Part shown: positions 35,985 through 44,723 of the stretch, one piece after another | Position numbering within the stretch: the stretch's first letter is position 1 | Layout of the letters: each line of letters begins with the position of its first letter | Translations under genes and position numbers: made by a program | Assembly (NCBI GenBank): GCA_019683855.1 | Contig: JADGHP010000001.1 | Location: 1-44,723 of the forward strand | Source: Thermoleophilia bacterium | GTDB taxonomy: Bacteria > Actinomycetota > Thermoleophilia > Gaiellales > Gaiellaceae | Length of the DNA stretch: 44,723 nucleotides | Direction: 5' to 3' | Notes under the pieces: model-generated | What the model was told of the DNA's origin: nothing | Seen by the model: only the letters and a program-made list of their open reading frames with translations | Database searches by the model: none

Positions 35985-35987
35985 CCG

Positions 35988-37055
35988 TTACGTCATCGGC
36001 ACCTGGCGCAGGAGGCGCGGCGCCACGCGGTCGAGGATCTCCTCGAGGCTCGAGCCGGTGGCCGTGATCCCGTGGTTGCGCAGCCCGATGATCGCGTGCG
36101 CGGGATCGGGCTCGGCGGCGAGCAGGTCGGCGACGTTCCGCGCCAGCTCCTCGGTGCCGCACGGGTAGTTCACCTCGGTCGCGGGAATGCCCTCCACCCA
36201 GGCGTGGACGTGCAGGATCGCGCCCACGTCGGGATGGTCGCGGTAGATCATCCAGTGCTCGATCGCGTCGACCGAGACGCGGCGCGGCTCGATCCCGGGC
36301 GGGACCTGGAGGATGATGCGACGGTGCTCCGCGTCGTAGTCGGAGACCAGCAGGATGTCGCGTCCCGGGGTCTCGAGGCGCGCCTTGTCGACGCCGCTCG
36401 CGCTCATCCAGAAGCGGCGCTCGTCCTTGCGGGCCGACAGGTTCCCGTAGGAGAGGCCGCCGATGCCGTAGAGGCGCTTGATGTGGCGCAGGTCGCGCTC
36501 GTCGACGAGCTCCTCGACCGGGAACGGCGCCGGCAGCAGGCCGAGCTCGTCGAGCCGTCGGCCGGCGGCGGCGATCGAGCGGGTGAGCTCGTCTCCGTCC
36601 CACAGCTCCGGCTCGAGGTCGGGACGGAACTCGTTCTCGATCACGAGCCGCGAGCGGGCGAGCGGCGCGAGCCGCGCGACGACCGCGTCCGCGAGACCGG
36701 CAAGGTCGCCCTGCTCGGGGACGAGGTAGCTGCCGCGCTCGAGCGTCGTGAACCAGACGCCGGTCCCGGGGACGTAGGTGAGGGACAGGTTGGCGAGGGA
36801 GCGCACGAGCAGCGGGTAGCCGTGGCGCAGCGGGTCGGGCGGCGGCGCGGCGAGCGCGTGCAGCGAGGCGACGAAGGTGCCGCGGGAGCGGCGCCGGTAG
36901 GGCCGCGGCCGGTCGGGGTCGATGAGGTTGAGAACGAGCGACGGGAGCCCGCCGTCCTCCGCTGGCTCGAAGCCGGCGCGCTCGAGGGCGCGACGGAGCT
37001 CCTCCACGAGCGGGGCGAGCGGGGCCGCCGTCTCTCCTGCGACGAGGTACGCCAT
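35988..37055 (-). CDS. Class II aldolase/adducin-domain protein with an unassigned N-terminal domain of about 170 aa
   Basis: ORF 35988..37055 (355 aa). The C-terminal half reads GGLSYGNLSARKDERRFWMSASGVDKARL...VSVDAIEHWMIYRDHPDVGAILHVHAW... Confidence 0.7.
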   Translation of the reverse strand: MAYLVAGETAAPLAPLVEELRRALERAGFEPAEDGGLPSLVLNLIDPDRPRPYRRRSRGTFVASLHALAAPPPDPLRHGYPLLVRSLANLSLTYVPGTGVWFTTLERGSYLVPEQGDLAGLADAVVARLAPLARSRLVIENEFRPDLEPELWDGDELTRSIAAAGRRLDELGLLPAPFPVEELVDERDLRHIKRLYGIGGLSYGNLSARKDERRFWMSASGVDKARLETPGRDILLVSDYDAEHRRIILQVPPGIEPRRVSVDAIEHWMIYRDHPDVGAILHVHAWVEGIPATEVNYPCGTEELARNVADLLAAEPDPAHAIIGLRNHGITATGSSLEEILDRVAPRLLRQVPMT

Positions 37056-37141
37056 GCCGGCGAGGCTAGTGGCCCGGCCGGCGGGCGCGCATCGCGGGAA
37101 AACCCGGATACGAGAAAGGGCCGCCCCGGGGCGACCCTCGA

Positions 37142-37226
37142 TGCGCTGGAGAGGACTTGAACCTCCACGGCCTATGCGGCCACTAGGCCCTCAACCTAGC
37201 GCGTCTACCAATTCCGCCACCAGCGC
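37142..37226 (-). tRNA. tRNA-Leu (anticodon GAG)
   Basis: The reverse complement is GCGCTGGTGGCGGAATTGGTAGACGCGCTAGGTTGAGGGCCTAGTGGCCGCATAGGCCGTGGAGGTTCAAGTCCTCTCCAGCGCA. It has a 7-bp acceptor stem, anticodon stem CTAGG/CCTAG with loop TTGAGGG, a long variable arm and a GTTCAAGT T-loop. CCA is not encoded. Confidence 0.93.
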
Positions 37227-37371
37227 GAGAGCGCGACTAGTGTAGCGACGCCCGCAAAGGGCGGCGACCCGACGAGACTCGCACAGGACACGGCGGAGGC
37301 GGACATGTCCAGCGACCTGGTCGGGGGACATGGCCGCTACGGACAGGTGCGGAAGCGCGGGCTCCCTGACG

Positions 37372-37593
37372 CTAGGTCAGGTAGTGGAAGAGGGCGATGC
37401 TGTTCGCGAAGAAGAGCACCGCGAACACGACCGTCAGGCGGGTCAGGTTGCGCTCGACGATGTGCGTGCCGCCCTGCGACGCGGGCGTGAAGCCCATCCC
37501 GCCCATGCCGGCCTCGCGGCCGCTGTGCATGAGCACGAGCGACGTCATCGCGACGACGATCAGCACCTGCATCACGGCGAGGAACTGGAGCAT
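37372..37593 (-). CDS. secG: Preprotein translocase subunit SecG
   Basis: ORF 37372..37593 (73 aa) has two TM helices and a Gly-rich loop (HSGREAGMGGMGF). tRNA-Leu lies immediately downstream, a common arrangement. Confidence 0.85.
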   Translation of the reverse strand: MLQFLAVMQVLIVVAMTSLVLMHSGREAGMGGMGFTPASQGGTHIVERNLTRLTVVFAVLFFANSIALFHYLT

Positions 37594-37678
37594 CGCGGGC
37601 AGGGTACCAGCGTTCCCGCGCCGACCCGGCGCGACGCGCGGCGGCCAGCGCGCGAGCCCCTGTTACCCTCGGCCCCTG

Positions 37679-37885
37679 GTGGTGGAGGACGCGCGCGAGC
37701 GGATCCAGAAGCTCCTCGTCACCGGCGACAACCGGATCAAGCAGGGCGTGGACCCGGCGAAGGCGCGCGAGAGCTGGGAGCGGGCGCTCGCGGTCGCGCG
37801 CGAGGCGGGGCTCGAGGAGCAGGTGCGGCCGCTCGTCGAGATCAGGCTCGCCGATCTCGAGCGTCGCGGCCGGCGGCGCGGCTGA
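37679..37885 (+). CDS. Small helical hypothetical protein (about 68 aa)
   Basis: From GTG 37679 the frame reads VVEDARERIQKLLVTGDNRIKQGVDPAKARESWERALAVAREAGLEEQVRPLVEIRLADLERRGRRRG. Nearly every codon ends in G/C, in a stretch with no opposite-strand gene until its last 44 nt. I recognised no family. Confidence 0.4.
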   Translation: MVEDARERIQKLLVTGDNRIKQGVDPAKARESWERALAVAREAGLEEQVRPLVEIRLADLERRGRRRG

Positions 37886-38849
37886 GGATCGCCTCGATCC
37901 GCTCCGCCTGCCGGCGCACGTCGTGTGCGGCGGTCGCCTGCCGCGCCGCCTCGTTCGGGCACGCAAGCGACGCGGCCGCCGCGAGCCCGCGCGCAAGCTC
38001 GTCCACGTCGAGCGGGTCGACGAGGACGCCCGCCTCGGGCGGCACGAGCTCGGGCGGGCCGCCGATCCGGGTCGCGACGACCGGGCGGCCGCAGGCCATC
38101 GCCTCGAGCAACGCCTGGCCGAGCGGCTCGAGCAGGCTCGGCTGCGCGAGCACGCGGCTCTCGGCGAGGAGCCGCGGCACCTCGTGGTGCGGGACGCGCC
38201 CGAGCAGCCGCACACCCTTCCGCCCCTCGAGCCGGCCGCGCAGCGGCCCGTCGCCCGCGAAGGTGAGCGTCCCCTCCCCCAGGCGCGCGAACGCGTCCGC
38301 GAGCCGGACGACGTTCTTGCGCTCATCGAGCGAGCCGACGCACAGGAAGCGCGGCGGACCGTCCGGCGGAGGCGTCACCGCGAACCGCTCGCGGTCGACG
38401 CCGCTCGAGACGACCTCCGTCTTGCCGCGCGCCTCCGGCAGCTTCGCCTCCAGCTCCCGGCGCAGGTACTCGGAGACGCAGACGACGGTCGCGGCGCGGC
38501 GGACGACGAAGCGCGTCGCGGCGGCGACCCCCGGGATCGCGCCGACGTTGCGGACGTCGCGGCCGTGGGCGGTGACGACGAGCGGCAGCCCGGGCGCGAG
38601 CGCCGCGATCAGCCCCGAGGGGACGAGGAAGTGCGCGTAGAGGACGTCCGGCCGGAAACGGCGTCCCGCCCGGTGCGCGCGGCGGGCCAGCGTGAGGTAG
38701 CGGAGCTTGCCGCCCGCGCGCGTGTCGAGTACCGCCCGCTCGACCTCGTGGCCGCGCTCGACGAGCGCGCGCTCCACCTGGGCGACGAAGGTGCCGAGGT
38801 CGGGCGCCTCCGAGCCGGGATACATCTGCGAGACGAGCAGGATGCGCAC
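37842..38849 (-). CDS. Glycosyltransferase, GT4/GT-B family
   Basis: ORF 37842..38849 (335 aa) reads MRILLVSQMYPG...LVVTAHGRDV...PSLLEPLGQALLEAMACGRPVVATRIGGPPELV, which includes the E-x7-E region. Confidence 0.85.
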   Translation of the reverse strand: MRILLVSQMYPGSEAPDLGTFVAQVERALVERGHEVERAVLDTRAGGKLRYLTLARRAHRAGRRFRPDVLYAHFLVPSGLIAALAPGLPLVVTAHGRDVRNVGAIPGVAAATRFVVRRAATVVCVSEYLRRELEAKLPEARGKTEVVSSGVDRERFAVTPPPDGPPRFLCVGSLDERKNVVRLADAFARLGEGTLTFAGDGPLRGRLEGRKGVRLLGRVPHHEVPRLLAESRVLAQPSLLEPLGQALLEAMACGRPVVATRIGGPPELVPPEAGVLVDPLDVDELARGLAAAASLACPNEAARQATAAHDVRRQAERIEAILSRAAGRDARDRRA

Positions 38850-38907
38850 GGCGGGAGCCTACGCGCGACGCCCCGGCGCGCAGCCTCTCGTCGAGTAGAG
38901 TCCCGTT

Positions 38908-39300
38908 ATGAGCGACTACGCGAAGGTCAACCTGCGCGAGGTCGAGGACTCCGCGCCCAAGGCCGGCTTGCAGGGGATCGAGGCGCGCTTCCCGAAGCGG
39001 GAGCTCGGCTGCACGACGGGCGCCGTCAGCCTGCAGACGCTCGCGCCCGGGGCCCGGAGCCCGTTCGGTCATCGGCACGCCCGGCAGGAGGAGCTGTACG
39101 TGATCCTCGCGGGCGGCGGGCGCATGAAGCTCGACGACGACGTGATCGAGCTGCGCCAGTGGGACGCGATCCGCGTCGCCCCGCAGACGATGCGCGCCTT
39201 CGAGGCCGGGCCGGATGGGCTCGAGCTCCTCGCCTACGGCGCCCCGATCGCCGAGCAGAGCGACGGCGAGCGGGTGCCCGGCTGGTGGAGCGACTCGTAG
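38908..39300 (+). CDS. Cupin-domain protein
   Basis: ORF 38908..39300 (130 aa) carries the cupin motif GHRHARQEELYVILAGGG... Confidence 0.75.
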   Translation: MSDYAKVNLREVEDSAPKAGLQGIEARFPKRELGCTTGAVSLQTLAPGARSPFGHRHARQEELYVILAGGGRMKLDDDVIELRQWDAIRVAPQTMRAFEAGPDGLELLAYGAPIAEQSDGERVPGWWSDS

Positions 39301-39325
39301 CGGCGCGTCCCGCGCGGCGGGCGAC

Positions 39326-40906
39326 CTACGCGCGCGCGCGGAGCGCGTCGTAGGTGCCCCATTCGTCGCGGAGGACGCCGCAGATCTCGCCGATGGTGCA
39401 GTAGGCGCGGAGCGCCTCGCGCATCGCCGGGAGCAGGTTCGCCTGGCCGCGCGCGGTCTCGCGCACCGCGGCAAGCGCCCGCGCCGCCTGCTCCGGGTTG
39501 CGCTCGGCGCGGACGCGGGCGGTGCGCTCGAGCTGGCGCCGCTCGGCCTGCGGGTCGATCCGCAGCAGCTCGAGACGCTCGGCCTCCTCCTCCTGGAAGC
39601 GGTTGACGCCCACGATCACCCGCTCGCCCGACTCCACCTGGCGCTGCCACTCGAACGCGGCCCGCTCGATCTCGTCCTGGACGAACCCCTCCTCGATCGC
39701 CGCCACCGCCCCGCCCAGCTCGTCGATCCGCTCGATCAGCTCCAACGCGCGCGCCTCCAGCTCGTCGGTCAGCGCCTCGATGAAGTAGGAGCCCCCCAAC
39801 GGATCGGCGGTGTCGGTCGTCCCCGCCTCCGCCTGCAGGATCTGCTGGGTACGCAACGCGATCCGGGCCGCCCGCTCGGACGGCAGCGCCAGCGCCTCGT
39901 CGAACGCGTTCGTGTGCAAGCTCTGCGCCCCACCGCAGGCCGCCGCCAGCGCCTGGATCGCCACCCGCACGATGTTGTTCTCCGGCTGCTGCGCCGTCAG
40001 CGTCGAGCCGCCCGTCTGGGCGTGGAAGCGAAGCGCAAGCGCCCGCGGGTTCGTCACCCCGAAACGCTCCCGCATGATCCGCGCCCACAACCGCCGCGCC
40101 GCCCGGAACTTCGCCACCTCCTGGAAGAAATGGTTGTGCGCATTGAAGAAAAACGACACCCGCTCCCCGAAGCGGTCCGGCGAGAGCCCCGCCTCCACCG
40201 CCGCCTCGCAGTAGGCGATCCCGTTCGCAAGCGTGAACGCCAGCTCCTGCACCGCCGTCGCGCCCGCCTCCCGGATGTGGTAGCCCGAGACCGAGATCGC
40301 GTTCCAGCGCGGCAACCGCTCCGCGCAGTAGGCGAACAGATCGGTCACCAGCCGCATCGACGGCCGCGGCGGGAAGATGTAGTTCCCCCGCGCCGCGTAC
40401 TCCTTCAAGATGTCGTTCTGCACCGTCCCGCGCAGCTCGCCCGGCGGCACCCCCTGCCGCTCCGCCACCAGCTCATACAGCAGCAAAAGCAACGCCGCCG
40501 GCGCGTTGATCGTCATCGACGTCGACACCCGATCGAGCGGAATCCCCTCCAGCAGAATCTCCATGTCCGCCAACGAGTCGACCGCCACCCCCGTCCGCCC
40601 CACCTCGCCGGCCGCGCGCGGATCATCCGAGTCGTAGCCCAGCTGCGTCGGCAAATCGAACGCCACCGACAACCCCGTCTGGCCCCGCTCCAACAAGAAA
40701 CGAAACCGCGCATTCGACTCCTCCGCCGAGCCGAACCCCGCATACTGGCGAATCGTCCACGGCCGCCCCCGGTACATATCCCGATACGGCCCCCGCGTGA
40801 ACGGATACTCCCCCGGCGGCTCCAACACCCGCGGCGCATCCCCCGCGCAATACACCGGCTTCACCACGATCCCCGAATCGGTGCGCCGATCGTCGGTCGC
40901 GGCCAT
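39326..40906 (-). CDS. Methylmalonyl-CoA mutase family protein, large catalytic (substrate-binding) subunit without a B12-binding domain
   Basis: ORF 39326..40906 (526 aa) reads [40 protein letters not shown]...[21 protein letters not shown]...[10 protein letters not shown]... Confidence 0.88.
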   Translation of the reverse strand: MAATDDRRTDSGIVVKPVYCAGDAPRVLEPPGEYPFTRGPYRDMYRGRPWTIRQYAGFGSAEESNARFRFLLERGQTGLSVAFDLPTQLGYDSDDPRAAGEVGRTGVAVDSLADMEILLEGIPLDRVSTSMTINAPAALLLLLYELVAERQGVPPGELRGTVQNDILKEYAARGNYIFPPRPSMRLVTDLFAYCAERLPRWNAISVSGYHIREAGATAVQELAFTLANGIAYCEAAVEAGLSPDRFGERVSFFFNAHNHFFQEVAKFRAARRLWARIMRERFGVTNPRALALRFHAQTGGSTLTAQQPENNIVRVAIQALAAACGGAQSLHTNAFDEALALPSERAARIALRTQQILQAEAGTTDTADPLGGSYFIEALTDELEARALELIERIDELGGAVAAIEEGFVQDEIERAAFEWQRQVESGERVIVGVNRFQEEEAERLELLRIDPQAERRQLERTARVRAERNPEQAARALAAVRETARGQANLLPAMREALRAYCTIGEICGVLRDEWGTYDALRARA

Positions 40907-40951
40907 GGCAGAGATCGTACGCGCCCGCGGCGTCGGCCCGCGCCCGCGGCG

Positions 40952-42379
40952 TTACGGCGCGGACGCGTGCTCGGGCTCGTGGCTTCGCCGCGCGACCCCG
41001 TCCGCCTCCGCAGCCGCCGCGACCGCCGCCGCGACCGAGGCCACGACGTCGCGGTTGAAGACGCTCGGGACGATGTAGTCCGGGGCGAGCTCCTCGTCGG
41101 AGATGGTGGCGGCGATGGCGCGTCCGGCCGCCACCTCCATCGCCTCGGTGATCGCGGAGGCGCGGACGTCGAGCGCGCCGCGGAAGATCCCCGGGAAGGC
41201 GAGCACGTTGTTGATCTGGTTGGGGTAGTCGGAGCGGCCTGTGGCGATCACCGCGGCCAGGCCCGCAACCTCCTCCGGCGCCACCTCGGGCGTCGGGTTG
41301 GCCATGGCGAACACGATCGCGTCGTCGGCCATGCGACGGATGCCCTCGACCGACACGGCGCCCGGCTGGGAGAGGCCGATGTAGACGTCGGCGCCCGCGA
41401 GCGCCTCGTCGGCTGTCCCCGTCTCCTCGGGCGCCGTCTCCTCGGCGTAGCGGCGCTTCACCGGGTTCAGGTCGTCGCGACCGGGGTGGACGACGCCCTT
41501 GCTGTCGCACCCGACGATCCGGCGCACCCCCGCCGCCTGGAGCGTCTTCGTGACGGCGACGCCTGCGGCGCCGATGCCGGTCACGACGACCTTCACGTCC
41601 TCGATGCGCTTGCCCACGACCTTCAGCGCGTTGAGGAACGCGGCCAGGACGACGACCGCGGTGCCGTGCTGGTCGTCGTGGAAGACCGGGATGTCGAGCC
41701 GCTCGCGCAGCCGCTCCTCGATCTCGAAGCAGCGGGGCGCCGAGATGTCCTCGAGGTTGATGCCGCCGAAGCCCGGAGCGATCGCTTCGACGGTGGCGAC
41801 GATCGCGTCGGGGTCCTGGGTGGCGAGGCAGATCGGCCACGCGTCCACCCCGCCGAACTCCTTGAAGAGCAGCGCCTTGCCCTCCATCACCGGCATCGCC
41901 GCCTCCGGGCCGATGTTGCCGAGCCCGAGCACGGCGCTGCCGTCGCTCACCACCGCGACCGTGTTCCGCTTGATCGTCAGGTTCCAGGCGCTGTCGCGGT
42001 CGGCGGCGATCGCCTGGCAGACGCGCGCGACGCCAGGCGTGTAGGCCATCGACAGGTCGTCGCGGGTCTTCACCGGCGCGTTCGCGTCCATGTGGATCTT
42101 GCCGCCGAGGTGAAGCAGGAACGTCCGGTCGGAGACGCGCTCGACCTCGACGCCCGGCACGGCGCGGCAGGCCTCGACGATCGCGTCCGCGTGCGCGGCG
42201 TCGGTGGCGAGGACGGTGACGTCACGGACCTTCGAGTCGCCTTCGATGCGGACGAGGTCGATGGCGTCGAGCAGCCCGCCCGCGTCGGCGATGGCGCGGG
42301 CGAGGTCGGCGAACGAGCCCGGCCGGTCGAGGAGGCGGACGCGGATGGTGACGCTGAAGGAGGCGGAGTAGTGGCTCAT
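40952..42379 (-). CDS. NAD(P)-dependent malic enzyme with an N-terminal ACT domain
   Basis: The in-frame ATG at 42379 (MSHYSASFSVTIRVRLLDRPGSFADLARAI...) is preceded by AGGATGAGG. The malic-enzyme core reads LSMAYTPGVA...VVSDGSAVLGLGNIG...FGGINLEDI...VFHDDQHGTA... Confidence 0.88.
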   Translation of the reverse strand: MSHYSASFSVTIRVRLLDRPGSFADLARAIADAGGLLDAIDLVRIEGDSKVRDVTVLATDAAHADAIVEACRAVPGVEVERVSDRTFLLHLGGKIHMDANAPVKTRDDLSMAYTPGVARVCQAIAADRDSAWNLTIKRNTVAVVSDGSAVLGLGNIGPEAAMPVMEGKALLFKEFGGVDAWPICLATQDPDAIVATVEAIAPGFGGINLEDISAPRCFEIEERLRERLDIPVFHDDQHGTAVVVLAAFLNALKVVGKRIEDVKVVVTGIGAAGVAVTKTLQAAGVRRIVGCDSKGVVHPGRDDLNPVKRRYAEETAPEETGTADEALAGADVYIGLSQPGAVSVEGIRRMADDAIVFAMANPTPEVAPEEVAGLAAVIATGRSDYPNQINNVLAFPGIFRGALDVRASAITEAMEVAAGRAIAATISDEELAPDYIVPSVFNRDVVASVAAAVAAAAEADGVARRSHEPEHASAP

Positions 42380-42488
42380 AGGCCTCATCCTCACGGGCGG
42401 AGACGACATCGGCATCCGGAGTTTTCCGGGTTACCGTCCGGGGTTCGCGCGTCCCGGGCGTGCCCGCGCGGGCCGCCTCGGCGCCCGG

Positions 42489-44294
42489 TCAGGCCTCGAG
42501 CGGCTCCAGCTCGGCGTCGCGGCTCACGAGCGCCGCGTAGCGGCCGCCACGTGCGAGCAGCTCCGCGTGGGTGCCGATCTCGACCACGCGGCCCCGGTCG
42601 AGCACGACGATCTGGTCGGCGTCGCGCACGGTCGAGAGCCGGTGTGCGATCGCGATCGTCGTCCGGCCGGCCGCGAGCCGGTCGAGCGCCTCCTGCACGA
42701 GCCGCTCCGTCTCGGTGTCCAGCGAGGAGGTCGCCTCGTCCAAGACGAGTATCGGCGGGTTGCGGAGGATGGTGCGCGCGATCGCGATCCGCTGCTTCTC
42801 GCCGCCCGAGAAGCGGTAGCCGCGCTCGCCGACCACGGTGTCGTAGCCCTCGGGCAGCGACGCGATCACGTGGTGGATCCGCGCCGCCTCGGCCGCGGCG
42901 ACGATCTCCTCGTCGCTCGCGTCCGGCTTGGCGAATCGCAGGTTCTCGCGCACCGAGGCGTGGAAGAGGTACGTCTCCTGCGAGACGACGCCGACGAGCT
43001 CCGACAGCGCGCGGAAGGTCAGGTCGCGCACGTCGACCCCGCCGATCGAGACCGAGCCGCGGTCGACGTCGTACAGGCGGGCGGCGAGGTAGCCGAGCGT
43101 GGTCTTGCCCGCGCCGGTCTCGCCGACGAGCGCCGTCTTCGTGCCCGCCGGGACGGTGAAGCTCACGTCGCGGAGCGTCCACTCGTCGTCGCCGTAGCGG
43201 AACCAGACCCCGTCGAAGACGACGTCGCCCGCCTCCGCTGCGTCGAGCGCATCCGGCTTCTCCTCGATGTCGACCGGGTGGTCGAGGTACTCGAAGATGC
43301 GGTCGAAGAGCGCGAGCGAGGTCTGCACGTCGAGGCTCACGCCGAGCAGCGAGCCGACCGGGAAGAACAGCCGCGTCTGCAGCGTGGTGAACGAGACGAG
43401 CATCGGCACCGAGACCGCGTGCGAGCCGTGCGCGAGCGCGAGCCCGCCGAACCAGTACACCGCCGCGGGCATGACGGCGAAGCTCGTCTGGATCGAGGCC
43501 ATCACCCAGCGACCGGCCATCCGCTGCCGCACCTCGAGCTCGGCGAGCCGGCGCGAGTCCTGCTCGAAGCGGTCGGCGAGCTCCGCGCCGCGACCCATCG
43601 TCTTGCCGAGTAGGACTCCCGAGACCGAGAGCGACTCCTGGACGAGGCTCGAGAGGTCGGCGAGCGTTTCCTGGGTGCGCTTCGCGATCCGGCGCCGCTC
43701 GTTCCCGACCCGGCGCGTCAAGAGCGCGAAGAGCGGGATGAGCGCGAACGCGAAGAGCGCCAGCCGCCAGCTCAGAAGGAGCATGCCGACCATCGTGGCG
43801 GCCACCGTCGTCACGTTGGAGGCGATCGAGGTGGCGGTGTTGGTGACGACGTTCTGGACGCCGCCGATGTCGTTCGAGATCCGCGACTGCACCTCCCCCG
43901 TGCGCGTCCGCGTGAAGAACGCAAGCGAGAGGCGCTGGAGGTGCCGGAAGACGGCGGCGCGCAGGTCGTGCATGACGCGCTGCCCCACCTGGTTCGAGAG
44001 GAGCGTCTGCACGACCCCGAGCACGCCCGTCGCGACCGCGATCCCGATCATCCCGGCCGCGTTCGCCGACAGCGCCCGAGTGTCGCCGCGCGCGATCGCC
44101 TCCAGTGCTCGCTTGAGCAGGAACGCGGGCACCACGCCGAGCGCGGCCGAGACCACGATCAGCCCGAGCAGCGCGCCGAGCCGCAGCTGGTACGGGCGGA
44201 AGAGCCCGCCGACGCGGCGGAGGTTCGCGCGGCGCACGGCGGGATCGGCAGGCCGCTCCGGCGGCGCCTCCGCCGAATGGAAGAACATCCCCAT
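42489..44294 (-). CDS. ABC exporter, fused permease-ATPase (MsbA/MdlB-like)
   Basis: ORF 42489..44294 (601 aa) has six N-terminal TM spans, then GETGAGKTT, FSGGEKQR and LVLDEATSSLD. Confidence 0.9.
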   Translation of the reverse strand: MGMFFHSAEAPPERPADPAVRRANLRRVGGLFRPYQLRLGALLGLIVVSAALGVVPAFLLKRALEAIARGDTRALSANAAGMIGIAVATGVLGVVQTLLSNQVGQRVMHDLRAAVFRHLQRLSLAFFTRTRTGEVQSRISNDIGGVQNVVTNTATSIASNVTTVAATMVGMLLLSWRLALFAFALIPLFALLTRRVGNERRRIAKRTQETLADLSSLVQESLSVSGVLLGKTMGRGAELADRFEQDSRRLAELEVRQRMAGRWVMASIQTSFAVMPAAVYWFGGLALAHGSHAVSVPMLVSFTTLQTRLFFPVGSLLGVSLDVQTSLALFDRIFEYLDHPVDIEEKPDALDAAEAGDVVFDGVWFRYGDDEWTLRDVSFTVPAGTKTALVGETGAGKTTLGYLAARLYDVDRGSVSIGGVDVRDLTFRALSELVGVVSQETYLFHASVRENLRFAKPDASDEEIVAAAEAARIHHVIASLPEGYDTVVGERGYRFSGGEKQRIAIARTILRNPPILVLDEATSSLDTETERLVQEALDRLAAGRTTIAIAHRLSTVRDADQIVVLDRGRVVEIGTHAELLARGGRYAALVSRDAELEPLEA

Positions 44295-44328
44295 CTCGGC
44301 TCAGCGTACGCCGTCGGGCAAGATCAGG

Positions 44329-44723
44329 GCATGCGCGTGACCGTCCGCCTCTTCGCCGGTCTCCGCGAGCGGGCCGGCCGCTCCCGGGTGGAGCTCGAGG
44401 ACGTGGCGCGCGTCGAGGACGTCTGGCCGGCGCTCGGCCTCGGCGAGGAGCCCGACGGCCTCTTCTACGCGGTCAACCGGGAGTACGTCGAGCGCGGCCA
44501 CGAGCTCGCCGACGGCGACGAGGTAGCGTTGATCCCGCCCGTCTCCGGCGGCGCCTGCCGGATCGTCGAGGGCCCGCTCGACCTCGGGGCCGCGGTCGCC
44601 GAGGTGGCCGACGAGGACGCGGGCGCGATCGCCACCTTCGTCGGCACCGTCCGCCGCCGCTCGCGCGGACGCGACGTCATCCACCTCGAGTACGAGGCGT
44701 ACGAGGAGATGGCGGAGGCGATG
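44329..44723 (+). CDS. Molybdopterin synthase MoaD-MoaE fusion (MoaX-like); the 3' end lies beyond the window
   Basis: The ATG at 44329 starts MRVTVRLFAGLRERAG...DGDEVALIPPVSGG (a MoaD ending in Gly-Gly). It continues without a stop into ACRIVEGPLDLGAAVAEVADEDAGAIATFVGTVRRRSRGRDVIHLEYEAYEEMAE (the MoaE N-terminus). It is not in the ORF track because no stop lies in the window. Confidence 0.8.

Overview
This is a very GC-rich, actinobacterium-like chromosomal window. Operons are compact, with ATGA/GTGA/TGATG start-stop overlaps, and several genes have a TANNNT hexamer 6-7 nt upstream of the start codon, which suggests leaderless transcripts. The many long Arg/Pro/Gly-rich ORFs in the track are antisense or out-of-frame artefacts of the GC content.

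Core content, left to right:
- a five-gene peptide (Opp/Dpp-type) ABC importer
- an SH3-NlpC/P60 hydrolase
- an RpoD-family sigma factor
- topA
- an acyltransferase translationally coupled to a 5'-3' exonuclease
- a histone-deacetylase-family enzyme
- a sugar ABC importer (binding protein, single-domain ATPase, permease)
- a YtrA-type GntR / ABC ATPase / ABC-2 membrane operon, coupled to a second Tat-signal sugar-binding protein
- RNase P RNA (rnpB)

After an accessory island the core resumes with:
- a BluB-CobT fusion
- lexA with a coupled zinc-ribbon ORF
- a MarR-MFS pair
- an aldolase-II-domain protein
- tRNA-Leu(GAG) and secG
- a glycosyltransferase
- a cupin
- an acyl-CoA mutase large subunit
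- an ACT-malic enzyme
- an MsbA-like exporter
- the start of a MoaD-MoaE fusion

About 10.6 kb between rnpB and a 5'-truncated cobD (about 20176-30813) is a decayed accessory island. It holds a McrC-like nuclease remnant, an IS1380 transposase remnant with an in-frame stop, a His-rich mini-protein, a DUF2182/DUF1326/AhpD-like cluster, a Walker-A-less AAA ATPase remnant abutting a HEPN-like tail, and an IS110 remnant.

The most interesting locus also lies in the island. It is an intact 632-aa fusion of a three-Cys DUF5131 (phage Gp37/Gp68) domain with its usual partner domain TcmP. An 18-bp perfect palindrome carrying a canonical LexA/SOS box lies immediately upstream of its start codon, and a second, broken TcmP copy lies on the other side of that box. 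All calls rest on reading the sequence and on remembered family motifs; no database search was possible.
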